Source: Pocillopora damicornis
Lineage: Eukaryota
Direction of reading: 5' to 3'
Assembly (NCBI RefSeq): GCF_003704095.1
Contig: NW_020846761.1
Coordinates: forward strand, 186,001-250,000
Length of the DNA: 64,000 nucleotides
The translations under genes were made by a program, and so were the position numbers. Under the pieces are notes generated by a model, which ran no database searches, was not told where the DNA came from, and saw nothing but the letters and a program-made list of their open reading frames with translations. Positions 38,801 to 53,800 of this stretch are shown here, piece by piece (position 1 is the first letter of the stretch; every line of letters begins with the position of its first letter).

Positions 38801-41800
38801 TTTTATCGCTTCTTCGTTAATGTCTGTGATGCTTATGCGAATTAGATATTTGCTTTGTGCGAGCCATTATCTGCCATGACTGTCAAATAAGTAGAATATT
38901 GTATAGACTACAAAATGTAACAAGACGGGTCGAATAGCACTTCTTAGCAGTGATTTTGGTTTGATTTTACGAGATAAATTGATTCGCTCGCGTTACACCC
39001 CGCAATGCATTTGGATCGCCTGGGAAGAAAGTCGTCTTATAACACAATGTACTTTTTTTCCTTTTAAACTCGCAACAAAGATTTAACCATCAATCAGCCC
39101 ATATACTCCTCCATATCACGACCTTATTGTCACTCAAGCGTTATTCATTGACCCAAGCAATATACCACACTACACAAACAGCCATTACTTTAATTGTTGT
39201 AATAACCGGATGAAATACAAACATCAATTCACTTTTCTAAGACCGACTAAAAATATTTTGCCGTCGGTAAGATTGTTTACATTTGGCTATGTAAACAGCC
39301 GTTCGTAGGCGAGGGGATTTTGTACTCGGATACATGAATATTCCTATGATTGCTTTTAAAGGAAGCATTAAAATTTATTTTTGGAACCTTTCCGATGGTT
39401 TTGACTACAACGACAGCCGACAATCCATCTTAAAGGGGCAATTTGGCACAGCCTTGACATCATACGCAATTCGCGCAAATTGGGAATCAGATAATGTGAA
39501 TGCTATTTTGACATTTCTGTTTGCTGTAGTCCTTTAATGTTATCAACACAATTAATGTGTTTCTAAGTTATACAAGGCTAAAATAGCCATAACATAGTTG
39601 CCACTACAAGAGCTCTCCTCGACTACCAAACTCTGTAGCACCAATGATATATAGCCAGCTTCCTAAATATAAAAAAAAGCATGCTCTGTGAAGAATTGCA
39701 GATTTAGCTTGAAGAGTAAAAATAATGGCTAACTGCATCGTGGACAGACTTCACTAGTGGTCCATTTCTACGATTGCTTTTAGCAGATATTTATCAAGTT
39801 CCAGCCTTCCTTATGAAGCCATGAGAAAATAATACATCGGTCGACCTTCTGTAGTCGTTCGATAAAAAATTATCCTTCAATACATTCAAGACTAGCAAAC
39901 ATAATTGAGACTTCAGATATGATTTGACTGCCTTATTCACCTTTTGTAGTCTTGACCTATATCATGTAGCCCCTTTTTCCCATTTTTCAGCACTTACGAA
40001 GGTTTTCAACTGAACACTTTTACTGTCGTTGACAAAGAGGCCACACTTCCAGATGGAAGCTTTTAGCTTAACTTGGTTGGAAAATTCAGCAGAGATGGGC
40101 TTGCTTCTCGAACACTGAAAACGTTGATTTGAATAATGGAAGGAACACCATTCTACTGTGAGATGAAACAAATCACTGTAAAACAGTTGCACCTTATTCA
40201 ATGCTTACAGTTCTGCAACTATTATCACCCACTAGGTTTCACATTTGAAACATTTGGGAGCCTTGAATTTTCCGTTCCAAACCTCTTGGGTCCCTCAAGT
40301 ACATCCTGGAAATAGAAAAGAATGGTTTCAGTTGAAAGAATGAAAATGAAATATTTTTCATTGCAAAAAACAAATGAGATCTACTTTTACAGCTTTCTAT
40401 GAAACTCATAAAAATTTTATTCCAAGAAGTGTAACATTGTTTTTATTCGCGCGGCGGTCTATTCTATGTCAATCAGTTCGAGAAATAATTCTATTCAGTT
40501 TTCTACGGCAACATACAGCTAACTTTATTGTTTTCCTTAGCTTTACAACCAACGTAAACAAGCTGGCATTGTAGGGAGAGATGCAAGGTGAACGATGAAA
40601 CCCGTAAAAAAAACATTGCCAGCTTTTCTTTGCGTAGCTTTTAGCTTATCACCGTTAGAGTTGTGTCCATCATGATAAGGGGCTTGTTATTTGCTGATGA
40701 AGGAAACGTTAGGTGATTTTGTGGAAATAAGAGCACTTTTTCGACTCATTTTTTATCTATACATTCAAGTATCATGCTATACTTTAATAGTGCTCTCAAG
40801 GGGTCCGATCTAAAAGTTAGACTCTTAAATTTGAATGTGTGTAGCGTAATTAATGCGGAGGGGAAACCGACAAATTCAAGTGCAATTTTATCGACAGCTT
40901 TGCAATATAGCATCGCTTGATTTTGCCCAAAGGCAACGAAATAACGGCCGCTTAGATATGTATCTAAAAGCATAAAAAAATTTGCGGGTACAGCACTCAC
41001 AGTCTTTGGATTCATGGATCACCTTTAAAAAACCTGTTGGCATCGAACGACTAAGGATGAGATGAGTATATGACGTTGAGATAAAATCAAACCCTTCTCG
41101 AAAGCTCGTCGCTGACTAACTATCACTTGAAGACTTTAATGAATGAAGTACAATCTTACAATGCATGAATTACAATCTTACAAATATTTGCAAACTCTTC
41201 CAGAAATTGACTCTTAAAGCCTTTGTAAATAATATGATCATAAAAGAAATAAGTTTTTTCTTTGGAACTCTTTTGCGAGGACAGTTATTTGGCTTCCGAC
41301 AAAACAAACTTGGCCCCAGGGTATACATCACCCTCTCGTTTCAAGTAATGTAAAACTTCTGTCCTAAATTTGCATCTCAGCAAAATGAAATGTAAGTGGT
41401 GTTCAGAACTCTTTTTCCAAACGTATTTTAGTATCAAGCAGTCTTATTAGGGCTCCTTTAAATGAATCACTTCTCTTCATAGATTTTGATAAAACTATAC
41501 TACATGGCCCTTAATCACGCTATACGATGTTACAAGCAACTTGATAGTTTTACTTACCATTACAGGAAAACTCGAAATAAATTTGCCTATATTCTTTACA
41601 GTTTTCCTTTGTAAATTTTATTATCTTGTGCAAGTTTGGCTCGGGCTTCGAACTCCTCGCTAAATTGTTACTCTGTTTTAAAACATCTCCCCCTCCTTCT
41701 TTGTCTGAAAACTCCGTATCTTACCCCGCTCTTATAACTTCCCGACTAATTTGTTGTAATCTTCTGAAAGCCATTAGTCGTAAGACTGTTTTTTGTTTGC

Positions 41801-44800
41801 AGTCATGGCATTGTTCGGTTGCTTGCATACGAGGGTTCTTTACTCCCAGAGTTAACCGACGTTATGTCCTCTCAGTATTGAAAATTTCATTTCTCCTCAT
41901 GCTTTGGCGAAATTAAGTTCCCTGTGCGTCATTCGAGAGAAACATTTATTTGACAATTTTAAATCTTTTTGGAAGAGTTAATTCCTAAAAATAAAAATAC
42001 CTGCACGTAAATATAACAAAATCAGACAAGCGTCTGTGATTTTTATTGCCGTGCGAACAAATACGACTTAATACCTAAAAAGCTCTAATCCAAGCGAGTT
42101 ATGAACTAAGGCGAAATGTAGGCATCCAACAGTTAGCCTTGAATGAGATCTGCTTAAACCGTGACAAAGAGGATTATGAAAGTGATATCCTTAACCCTGA
42201 ATCAGTGTGAAGCGAGTAAATTCTAAACGCGTTTGGGAGAGGACTTAGATTCAGATACATTAAGTACTTGAAAAATTGCCGGAAGACAATTGTTTTAAAT
42301 TCACGGATATAATAATATTTTACTCTCTTCCTTCACAAAGTAACGATTTTTTAAAAGAGGTTTGGCTTAGTGTACGACCACTTTTACATTCCATGTGTGA
42401 CTCAATTCGTTACCATAACGGTCAAATGCATTTTACATTACACCTGCGTCGTTGTTTGTACGTATTTTTTTCTTCTTTCCGATTCCTGTGTTACGTTTTC
42501 CTCGTTAAGTTTCAAGATTTGTGTCTGCAGTGTATTATGAAAAGGTCAAGGGTTCCTATGGCGAGATTTCTGACCGCAGGATCAGTTTTACCTTCTAACG
42601 TCTTAAAACTGTAACCCTGTGATTGTGGTTTTCCCGCTTGTTTCGAGGACAACTTCTTTGAGCTTTCAAGAATTTTAAATTATCACTGTCGGATGGAGAA
42701 TCCATGTGCTTTCGTGTGCTGGAAACGACACTAATAGTGAGCAACTTTCCTCTCGTCTACTGTCATTGCGGCGCCTCTTCTCGGTGCTGTTTTGTTTCAA
42801 TGTCAGAAAAGAAAATAAGTATTTTAAGCCATCAATAATTAGCAGCTCTTGATGAAAACAAGTTCAAGTTATATTAAACACGTTTAGATTATTTCAAGAA
42901 TATTCTTATTTTGATTGTAGTGGAAAGGTTAGCGTTTGCAAAACGGTCCGCTTTAATTCGTCACAGGAAATGCTGAATGAGACTTGAAATCGCCCGATAG
43001 CCTATCGTAAGTCGACATATTTTCGTTTTATCTTACACTGCATTTTCTGAACGTTTCACCGAAGTCAAACAATTTTTCTGAGGCATCTCACGCTTCTTCA
43101 ACAACACGGGTCACACACAACAAGCTCTTAGATCTAACCTTGGCATCTGCTAGAGGAATGATGTTAACTTAGTTGACACACTCTTAAACGCTAATTTCAT
43201 TTATTAGCATTTTTTGGATCTGTCCACATTTTCTATCGAGGACCACAAGACTTGACTCGCTGATTCATGCCACGATCTTAACGTAAGCTCAATATTTGTA
43301 GGAGGTATCTTGTTACATTTACTTCAGCAGGTGCCGAATTTTGTCATCCGTCCGCTTTGTCTCGATTTTTACTTTCATATGCTGCGCAAAAGCTGTTTAT
43401 ATTATGTTTCTTTTGTTGGCCTTGGTCAGGGACATGTTTGCCTGAAAACCTCACAAAGGTACCCAAGACACAAGACAATATGTGTTTACAGAAAAAGAGC
43501 GAAGCGGGAGATTTTTTCACCAAGTTCTAGTGCACAATGGAGAGAAAAAATTTTTTCGTCAGGAAGATAATTTATTTCTGTTTGTGTGCGTTTGTACACT
43601 CTTCAATACATGATGAAGTTTTTGATAGCTCAAGTTATTACTTTGTTGATATATATTTTCATATTCTCCTTGTTTGAGAAGAAAATTGCAGCCCATTTGT
43701 TTACATTTCCAATCCATTTTCTTCGGTGTTAATTATTCGCCCACTATTCAGAAGTTCTTAAACACACGGCCTCGTTGTCTGATAATTCTTGCCATTTTAG
43801 CTTCAAAACATGCCGAAACGTAGGTAATTTAAAAAAAATAGCGTGCATAACATGGCGAACTGTTATTGAAAAATCGCAGTGTTTCACTTGCATTTGTAGC
43901 CTAATCATTACCCGCCAGTGCCAAATTTACACTCGCGCTTTGCCTGAAATTTTGGAATTCCCTTTATTTGTCATTACGTTTCCAATATTTTCGGATAACA
44001 AAACATTTCGTAATCTAGGAAGGAGGAAATTATCGTTTGCATAGCACCCGCGTAACACCTTTCATTACATAACCACTAATTGTTTATTAGTCAGAAGACT
44101 TCACTCAAAGTGGACTATGTTTGGTTTTTGTTCAAGCAAAAGAGGCTGTCTATTCGGCAATAAAAGATTTCCTTTGATATTTTTTGTAAGGAGAGACTCC
44201 TTCGCCTCAACCGCGATTCTTTCATTACTCACTTCACCCAAAATATGGAATTTTTTTTTTCAGAAAAAATCATATCACATCGATCCATAAAACGTCTTAC
44301 AATGTCGATAAGGACGGGATATATTCACAGCTTTGTTTAATTCTCGGAGAACAGAATTAAGACAATACTTTGGTAAAGTGAGTGCCTGGATGTTTTCATC
44401 TACATAGCTTTATTATGTATGATGTTTTAGAAAACCTTTCTATGCACTAAATAAACTATGGGTTTTTAAGTTTTAGAAGAATTGGTTCAAGTAAATAATT
44501 TCCGGTAACCTCTCTAAACATGCAATTTGGTGCGACAAAGAAGCTGCTATTTCAAGTAGCACTGTTAAGTAAATATTGCTTTTTCGTTATCTTTGTCAAA
44601 GCAGACCGACTTACGATTTTAAGGGGCTGAGATTTTATTTACTACCTGTTCTTTGTTCTACTGTTGGATATCAAATGGCATTTTTAAAAATGATCGCTTA
44701 AGCAAGGCAAAAGACACGAACCCTGCCTTTGCTCAGATAATTTGTCTTCGATATATTTTATGTTAATACGTAGCCAAACGCTCCCTTCAGTTTCGGTACT

Positions 44801-47800
44801 TTGGTTCCCAAATACATAAAACGCAAACTGGGATATAAATCACAGCAGCTGAGTCAAGATTGTTGTATACGATAAATCTTTAGCTAGTAATTCATTGTTA
44901 GATCAAGCATAAGCACTCAACCACGTAATGGAAGGCTATTCAATCTTACTGAGAAGAAAAGGCCAATAGAAATGTCGTTCAACGTGTTTTGTGCTGAAGG
45001 CCAACAAAAGGAACGTAGTAAGAGTCCTAATGAAAGACATGTCATCCGTGGAACCTGTTGTTTATCCTTCTGGTTACCAGACCATGAGTGTTAAGCGAAA
45101 TGGAAAGCATTGTCCGTTAGTTTTCCATCTGCTAACATATATCTAAGGCAAGAAACGTAACTTACACGCCTCGATACCGAAGGTGTTTTCCCTCTAGCTA
45201 TAGATTTGTGAAAGACTACTTACATTAGCAGCCACATTACAACCATTGCCCGTACAAAAGTCGTACACACAGAACATACTGTACACAATAAACCAGGTAT
45301 ATCAGACTGACTAACTACCTTACAATAATAGTTTTGTTACTGGAATAATGTTGAGTCTTCAATCCTAAATATTCGGCGAGAATAGATAACAGATATAAAA
45401 TAAACAGGACACTAGTAAAAGAAACCTTTCGCTTCCAGTATTACCAGGGAGATTCTTTGAAACTTTTTGCTCTCAAAGCAACCTACATGTACTAATGAAA
45501 GGATTTGCCACCGGCAGAAAGAATTCTTTCACAATTCCCTCGATACGTCCAGCAGTGGTCTCGCCCGATGATACTATTGTTGTTAAGGACTGTTAAGAAC
45601 AGACCTCATCTTTTTATCTCTAGTAACTCCAAAAGTAGAGAAAAAATCATTGTGCAACATATAAAACTTCAATGCCCCTTTTGGTGTCACTTTGCCTGTT
45701 CTTTTAGATAGTTTTAAAGTGATTGAGAGTGTCACCTCGTAGACAAGTGTTACACGTGAAGGGCGTATATATGTCACCCGTTTCTTTTCATTACGAACTG
45801 ACATGTGTCATGAATCTTTTGGGGTTGGACTAAGTGATGGGAATCTTGGACATTTCTTGAAGATCTTACATCTCCTTACATCGCTTTCTTGCGGAGTTAG
45901 CGCTGCTTGCCTATCACTCATTAAAGAACATCTTACCTTATAATTTATCTCATTTTCGGGACGCTCTGCAGAATCATTTTCCACACGCAGTCAGATGCAT
46001 CCAACTTTCGTCCGTACTGCGCGAATCATTCTGACTTATTCCTCGGTTAAGTAACTTGGTGACTATTTAAAGTCTTGGTACACACATAGAAATAAAGAAA
46101 AACATTTTACCACACACACCTGGAGTGGTGCATGCTGCTGTTTTGGAAAGCTTGGGTTGAAAACATAGCGCAGCATGATCATGGGCATTCCGTCAAATGT
46201 TGTATTGTTTAATGATCGATGGGTCGGTTTAGCGTGGCGTATGGTTCTCTTTGCTTCACATTTACCACTTCTGTTTACTTCTCTCTCTTCTCATTTAAAA
46301 CGAGTTTGTTTTAGTAAATCTCAAGAACCTCCATTACTCAATTTCAAGTTTGCTATCTGTTCCTCTTAATTACTAGCATTGATTTTGTAGCAGTTTCGGC
46401 CTTTTTAGTTTCCAGAGGTGTCTCTTGTTTCCATCTTACTAAAGCTCTTTTGACATAGAATCTAGTCTTTGTAGTAATGTGATCAATCATGTCAACATGC
46501 TGTATCAGTTTGTTTGGAGAAAGAGCATGCCACGTTCTTTTAAATTTTCCGACCGAATTTTTAGGTGGATGTTCGGGTAAAGAGGTATGTTACTTTGTTC
46601 TTCACCCTACATTCTTTTTTTTAAGGAGGAGGTATCTATGACCCCATTCGGATATGTTTTTTTCTTGCAATGAAAATTCTTCCCCTCGCTTCGTTTGTTT
46701 TATGAGAATTTTTCATTCATACTGTCTAGGTTTGAGGGGGTAAGACTTCTGATGGAAATTGTCAATTCGGTTTTACAGAAGTGACCACACCCTGGAATTA
46801 TCTTGGACACATGTCCAACTAAAACTCAGTTAATTTTATTTCTTCCAGTTTTTTTTGGTATATTTTAGGGGGATACCCTTCACTCCTTTACAAGTAAGAA
46901 GCGTTGATTTTAGACTGCTAACGTAAACTATTTCCTCTATCATCCTGAGGATTTGAGAACATGTTTTAATAAGGACAAAGTCTTTTGACAAGAAAATATA
47001 ATTTTATTACCCTACAAAGATATGTATATTATTTTTTTTTTTTATCTTTTCACAATTGAATCTTTTTCGAGATAAGTCTATTGACGTCCTCAAAGTTGAT
47101 AGAAAACATTAGGTGACAATAATTGCAAATAACGTAAATCTAATAATATCCTATGCCTTGTTCAGCTAGTCTTTGAAAGTTACGAATCCCTTCGCTTTGG
47201 TGAATTCTATCTTCTTTCCTTAATTAAATATTGTTAAAACTGCGGAAATTGCTCAAACGAAATAAGAATGATCGCCCAAAGTATCCGGCTTAAATATTCA
47301 TGATGTGAAACAGGATTTAATTTTGGAAAATTTTCCTGCAAAGGATCCGCAAATACCACATATTGATTATCTCTTCTTGTCGCCAAATATTTGCGCCTGA
47401 TGTAACAACTTTCACTTTACTTGACGATTATTTTCAAGTTTGAAGTTTGTTTGCTCACGTAACGACAAACTGTGCTTTATATGGCATTATTTTCTTAAGA
47501 AACAATGTAAACAGCCCGATATTTAAATACTGATATCTTTTCTCTTGAAATAGATCGAAATGCTGATTAATATCGGTTATACAATACTCTGATGAAAGCA
47601 AAATTTAGAAAAATACGCTCGATATCTTTTTTATTATTATCATTTGGGCAATTCATTTCGAAAAGTGGTAAAAATTCATATCGCTATGAATTAAAATACA
47701 AATTCATAAAACTCCTGCTGTGCACTGAAAATAGTAATTATATTGAAGATATTCAAGATCTGAAGACAGCGATGAACGGGATAAACGTAGTTTGTAGTTT

Positions 47801-50800
47801 TGGTACAATTTTTGGCGCACTAGTTTGCGTCAAACCTTATCTGCTAAATGACTGCTATGCCAATTTGCCGAGCTCGGAATTGTACATTAATGAAACATGA
47901 TCTTTTTCAATTTATCTGACCTCTTTACTGTTCTGAATAAATTTACGGTTTGCATATAATGAGCACAATTTCTGAACACAAAGACTTCGAGTTTTACAAT
48001 CTTATTTACCGATAATGTTCCTCAAGCGTTCAAATGCCGCAGACTCTCCTTTATGAGTTGCAATAAAATCAAATTAGACTTTGAAAGATTTCATAGTAAT
48101 TTCAAATTATAATAATTTACTAAAGGCGATCAAGTTAAAGTCAAAATAAAATTTCACAGTCTGGGAGATTTGTGCCAAAGATTGGAGTTATCTTATAATC
48201 TCATCATAGCGATAATAGGAATAACCAAAAAGTAAAGCTTCACATTTGTGATTTCTCTGATTTTAACAGTTTTTGACAAAAGCGGCGATTCCCTTGTTGT
48301 TCGTGCAATTTCTATCGGAAATTAAGTTCTTATCGCTCGGCGAGTGTTTGATAGCTGGGTGTTACTTTCCAAACCAAACATGGAGTTATACAGACGCCAT
48401 AACTGCTGGGAAACGTGTCTACCCTGGGTTTAAAATGGTGTTGTTTTCAGATGTATTGTCTTACTTACCACGTTATCAGTGTTCGCGCCCCATCAGTTTA
48501 CTTTGCTTACTGTGTGGAATGTCGACAAAACTAGTAAACAATAATGATTCCGCGGTTTATGAAACTAGTTCATCTTTTCTGATAACAAGTTGAAACTACA
48601 CTCAATTTTGTCGCTCACAGGCAAGTAGACGAATGTAGTGAATAGGCATTTGTATTTTTTTATCCTGTAAAAACTGTCGTAAGTAAATGTATATGTCTCT
48701 CTTCTTCGGTTCATCGCAGACTGGTAACGTATTCACTGTCAAATCTTATTTGCTATTTGGTTACGAGCCGATAATGTATCTCGACAAGCCGGGTGCTTGA
48801 GCAATCAATTTCAACTTTCATGTCATTTTGTGGTGGTGCGAGTCGCGAAGACCGCTCTCTTGTCTCGAAATTTTTTTGCGCCTTGTTATTTCAGACTTAA
48901 TTGTATTCACCTTTATTCGCTTTCCTGTTTTCGTTTTGTGTGTAGCAGCTTTTCCGAAAGCTGTTTGCATCGAACCAACCATTTTCGCCTATGAACTGCA
49001 GTGAGTGACGCAGTATCTTCATCTCTTTGATCTCCTTCCAAACGAAAGCGCAAAATTAATTTTTAAGTTCATATGGTAAGTTCAACAGCTTTATTCCTAC
49101 GCTTTCATTTCATTTGAACATTTCAATTACGAGTTCTAATGTGCAGTGCCTTAATGCTTTGGATATTCTCGATTTGTTCCTCGATCGTCCATCAATTGTC
49201 ATGTTTAAACTGGACGCGAAGAAAATTACCAATTAGGTCCAATCTACAGCTTCAGCTAAAATCGCAATAAATGAATGGCGAGTCCTCTACAGCAATAAGC
49301 ATGGATAGAATTTGTATTGCGGAATCTGCCTGGTAAAATTAATTTTGCATGATAACTTAGATTAACATAAACATCACAGCGTACAAAACCAATAATTTGT
49401 TTGACCGCCGTCTTCAGAAAAGTTTGTCAACGGTATGCTTGGGTGAAAAGTTCAGACAATTTAACAGCGATTGAGAAACAGGATGAGACAACTCTTGTGT
49501 AAATTCAATAAAGAATAACAGCCAGTCCGTGTATTTTTGATGTTCTTCTTGGTTTACCAAACGAATACACAACAGATCGGAGTCTTTGGAAGATTTGAAT
49601 CCGCGTCTTCCTTCTCCAGCAATTTTCCCCCCTTTTCAAACGAACTTGGCAAATTTGAAAGTTTATAATAGTACAACGAAAGATCTATTTCGTCTTTCTT
49701 TGCCACTGGCTACATCTTTGTTGTCATAAAATTCCAATTTCTTATCGGTTTTGTAATTCTAATGTGTAGACACCATCGTGTAGGGCACTCAAGGGGTCGC
49801 CGCCATGCGTTTGTTTGTGGTTTCAAGGTAACCCTCTTCTGACTGAAGCGATACGTTTTGCATCGGTGCGACACTGGGACAAACGAAACGCATCCCTTTT
49901 GTCTCGCTCGCTTGTTGATAAAAGATAGTGCGCGCTGTGCTTGAAGTGAAGGAAGAGGTGCATGCTAAGGGTAAAAGACCAGATGCTACAGTAAGGGAAA
50001 GAAAGACATACTGAAAGAAAAAAGGGTTATGATTAATACCATGTTAAAGCGATTTATCGTACGAAATTAACATTTACTGTTGGGCGCTTGTGATTTATAC
50101 CTGCTGAGAAGTTTGCTACTGCTATCTCTTTAGAAATATTTCACGTATTAGCACGAAAGATCGAATGAATTGGAATTGAAACCGCCTGAAATCAGAACAC
50201 TGCAAATTGCTAGCATTAATATGCCTTGTAAAAATCATCACTCGATGCTCTTGAACTCTTTATCAGTTTGCTTTTTCTCGACAGGCTAGCATGAATGCTC
50301 AATGTTTTCATTTTCGGCAAGTGTACCAGTTAAGCAAATAGGGACCCAACTATAAGATCAATTTCGCGCGGTGCTGTGACACCCCAGTTGTTAGAATTTA
50401 ACTCTACTCAGCGCCTTTCACGGCTCAATTTTAACAGCTCGTATCTTTGTGCTCATTCTTAATCCCAATTATTATTTTCTTTTTCATTCACTTATCGTTA
50501 ACAAGAATGTCTAAGGATTATCCCATTGTTAAATTAGTTTGCGATCAAAGCGAAAGAAACCCATTGTTTACATCCTTCGCTTAGGTGAACGCGGCTGGCT
50601 ATCAAAGTTGTTCGAGAATAACCGGCAACCCAATAACTGTAACTCACCATAAGGTGCCCAATTTGTATTATTAGCAGGAAGATAATCCTCGTTTTTTCGG
50701 AATATTCTCCCACCAGTTAATAAGCCGAAGACACGAGAGGATAAAGGAAGAGTAAAAACTATTTAAGAAGACCCTAAATTTAATAAAATATTTATTGTAC

Positions 50801-53800
50801 TCAGAATTTTGATGATATTTTTGTTCGGTAGCAGAAAAGTTGCTTAATTAGGTAAATCTTCAGAGTGTTGCTTCAACGATGTACTTTTTCCTGAAATTTT
50901 TGAAAGCAGCAAATTATGTTGAGACTTTCAAACGACCGTAACGCGATCACCCTAATTACTGTTCATTCGCGTTTTGGAAGATTGCGCTTGTGGTGATATT
51001 GATCTTAGCCAATTTACCACGGTGATATCGGTTAAACCTGGGTAGGTTTTTTTCCTTGCTTTACACAGATGTAATTTATCACTGAAAGGAATATTGCTCC
51101 AGTTGAAACAGATGTGCCCTTTTCTGTATTCATTTACAAGCTTTGTTTTATACATTTGATTCCAAATCGTTAGACATACATTACTTCAGAGAAATACTAC
51201 TCCTTTTTTGTCCTGAGTTTTTGTTCCGAGCACCGGCGCATTTTTTTGTGTGACTTCAGAGTATGGTATGTTTACAATAGAGAAAAAGTAAAGAGCTTAG
51301 AATCAATAACATTGTCAAGCTTGGATAATATACGTTTGACGGCCGTCAAAATAGGCAATTGAAAAATGGCTTCTACACAAATATATTCGACGTTATGTTT
51401 TGGAGGTGAATTTTCTCCTTGTCGGCGAAAAACTTAAAACATTAAACCAGAGCAAAAAATTTCCTCGCGTCCTTCAATTTTCTTTATAGAGAAGTGACTA
51501 GGCATATCATTTCCTCTTTTCAGATTTTATTTAAGCAGTTACTTTGTTACTTCCTCTCGCGATTTCTTTAAGGAGATGTTCGCCTCGATGATGCGAGAAT
51601 TTCAGTCAACTTGGATTTAAGGGGGGGTGTTAATTTAAGTGTGGTGCATTTAGAGACCACCTAGTATTTGAAAAGCCGCTATGGCGTAAATAACCTGGCC
51701 GCCGTTCCACCTATTGCAAGAAAAAGAAAACAAACACAAAATCTTAAAGAATACTCACTATTTTTATCTTGCATTTATCACTTTTTATAAGTGGTCCAAA
51801 AATGGAAAAAATAGACTCATTCGCTAAGGAAAAAGTTTTGATCCTTTGGTGTGAAAAGGTAAATAGTCCTTAATCGGAAGAAATTTCCCTGTGTGTTTAC
51901 AGGTGCTTCTAAACTTACCGGGGAAACTTCCATAAACAGACCACGAGAGAATCAATAAACTTGGACATGGGACCTTGCAATGGTCGAACATTTTGTTCCG
52001 CTCTCATGAAGTGATTAAAAACCAAGTTTTAGGTTTCCAAATCTAATGAATGTCGCCATACCGCAGCAGCGTTCACTTTCTTTTGTTTATGCCTTACCCA
52101 AATAAGAAAATGACTCTCGAGGAAACTTGTACGGGCGAGTTACAACATCGAGAGCCGACTACTATCTCGCGCATTGCAGAGGCTATTAGAGCCGGTTAAA
52201 CTATCAAAAATGAAAATGTAGTTTTAATATCACCAGCCTCTCTTGACCATCCTTGCAGTTTGTGCGATATTGTCCAAATATTGACAAATTTTAACAAAGC
52301 CTTGACAGAACGCCGCCGCTGAAACAGAAAACAACCGACCCCTTATCCCTAACTCGACTCCGGCTTAGGGAGTACAATCATTTGCTGCTGAATCAGTGTT
52401 TTTTTCTAAGTCGCAGACCTTTTGGTCACTAAAATCTTTAAGTTTTGTATGGTCACTGGAATAACTACAGCTTCTTCTTTCTGAGAGATATCAACCTACG
52501 GCAGTTTCAAGCTGCTATCGCAGAGCGAAGGCACCCCGTAGTGGTTTTTCTATAGTAGCGCACTCTCTCGCATCCATGGAAATGCAATATATCTCCTTAA
52601 TCAGAAACATTTCCTTTCCATTTCCTTCCAAACTAAGGTCTAGCCCATCACAGCTGTTTCGGAAAGGTTCTGATCGGAAAAGTTTCCCACCCTACATATT
52701 TTTTAAGTGTTCATCACCCATCTAATATAAGAGAGAAGTTTGCGGAAACAGCAAGTCAAAATAATGATTCACCTGTTAGGAAAAGGAATTATCGTTTTCA
52801 CGAATTTTCTTCCGTCGACTTAGAACAAGTACTTCCATTATGATGAAAGCGAACTTAGTTGTGAGCAAGCAAAGCATTTGTCACACGTGTCTTGCTTTGA
52901 GATCTTTTGTGTGATTTAGAACGCCGAGCGACCGTAAATGATGATTCTCTTATCTCGCCGAAATGCCTCAGGATATGTGGTTAATTTGAATACAAGAAGT
53001 CTTCGTCGGCGACTTTCATGCTCTACTTAGGTTTTCATACGTATGAAAAATTTCGTTTCTATGAAAGTGCATTTTCTTGTAATTTCACTCGAATGCAAAC
53101 TTTGGTGCGTTTGTGAGCGTCGATTCGTGTACCGGAATGTAAATTTTATGAAGTAATTTAAGAGACTTTTTGAGTGGAAAATCACGCGAATGAAATGCAC
53201 CAAAACTGTCGCATCGGTATTGACAACATTTAAAATTAAGTTAACAGTGTCAAATTTCGTGTCACTTCTGGTTGCAAAAGACCCTCGCCTTGTCAGTGTC
53301 CGCGAATTTAATCGCTAACTATTTAACACAAAGTTTGGTTAACAATAAGCGATCGAAAAAACCTTAATTTAACGTCAAAACACCGTAAAGTTCAGGGATG
53401 GTTTATGTTCAGAATACAAACAAGAGCCATAATAACAAACACCGTCTTGGTTGCTCTAGTATTTGCCTGCCCATTGGCGGTACTGATTTGGATTAATAAA
53501 CTTTGCTACTAGAGCAGAGTATAAGACAAGAAAGACAACGATAAACTAAAAAGTGGGAGGATAATGGACCAACGATAAAAACTACAAGATCAGAGAAATA
53601 TTAATTTTGTTACTCCGCCACTCAATAAAATTTTGCTCGATGGAAAGTCGTGAATTTCCAACATTATCAGAGAAAGTGCAGTGTAACGGCAAATTCCCCT
53701 TTAAATCTTATCCATTTTAGAAAATTCCTTCCTCGAGGGTGATAAACCTTTGTGAATTTAAAGCGAATGAATTTTCTCACCCATGGAGTTGTAACTAAAA

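Noticed and set aside
41143-41184. 22-bp tandem duplication atgaa(g/t)tacaatcttacaa
   Set aside because: Simple slippage duplication with no further structure.
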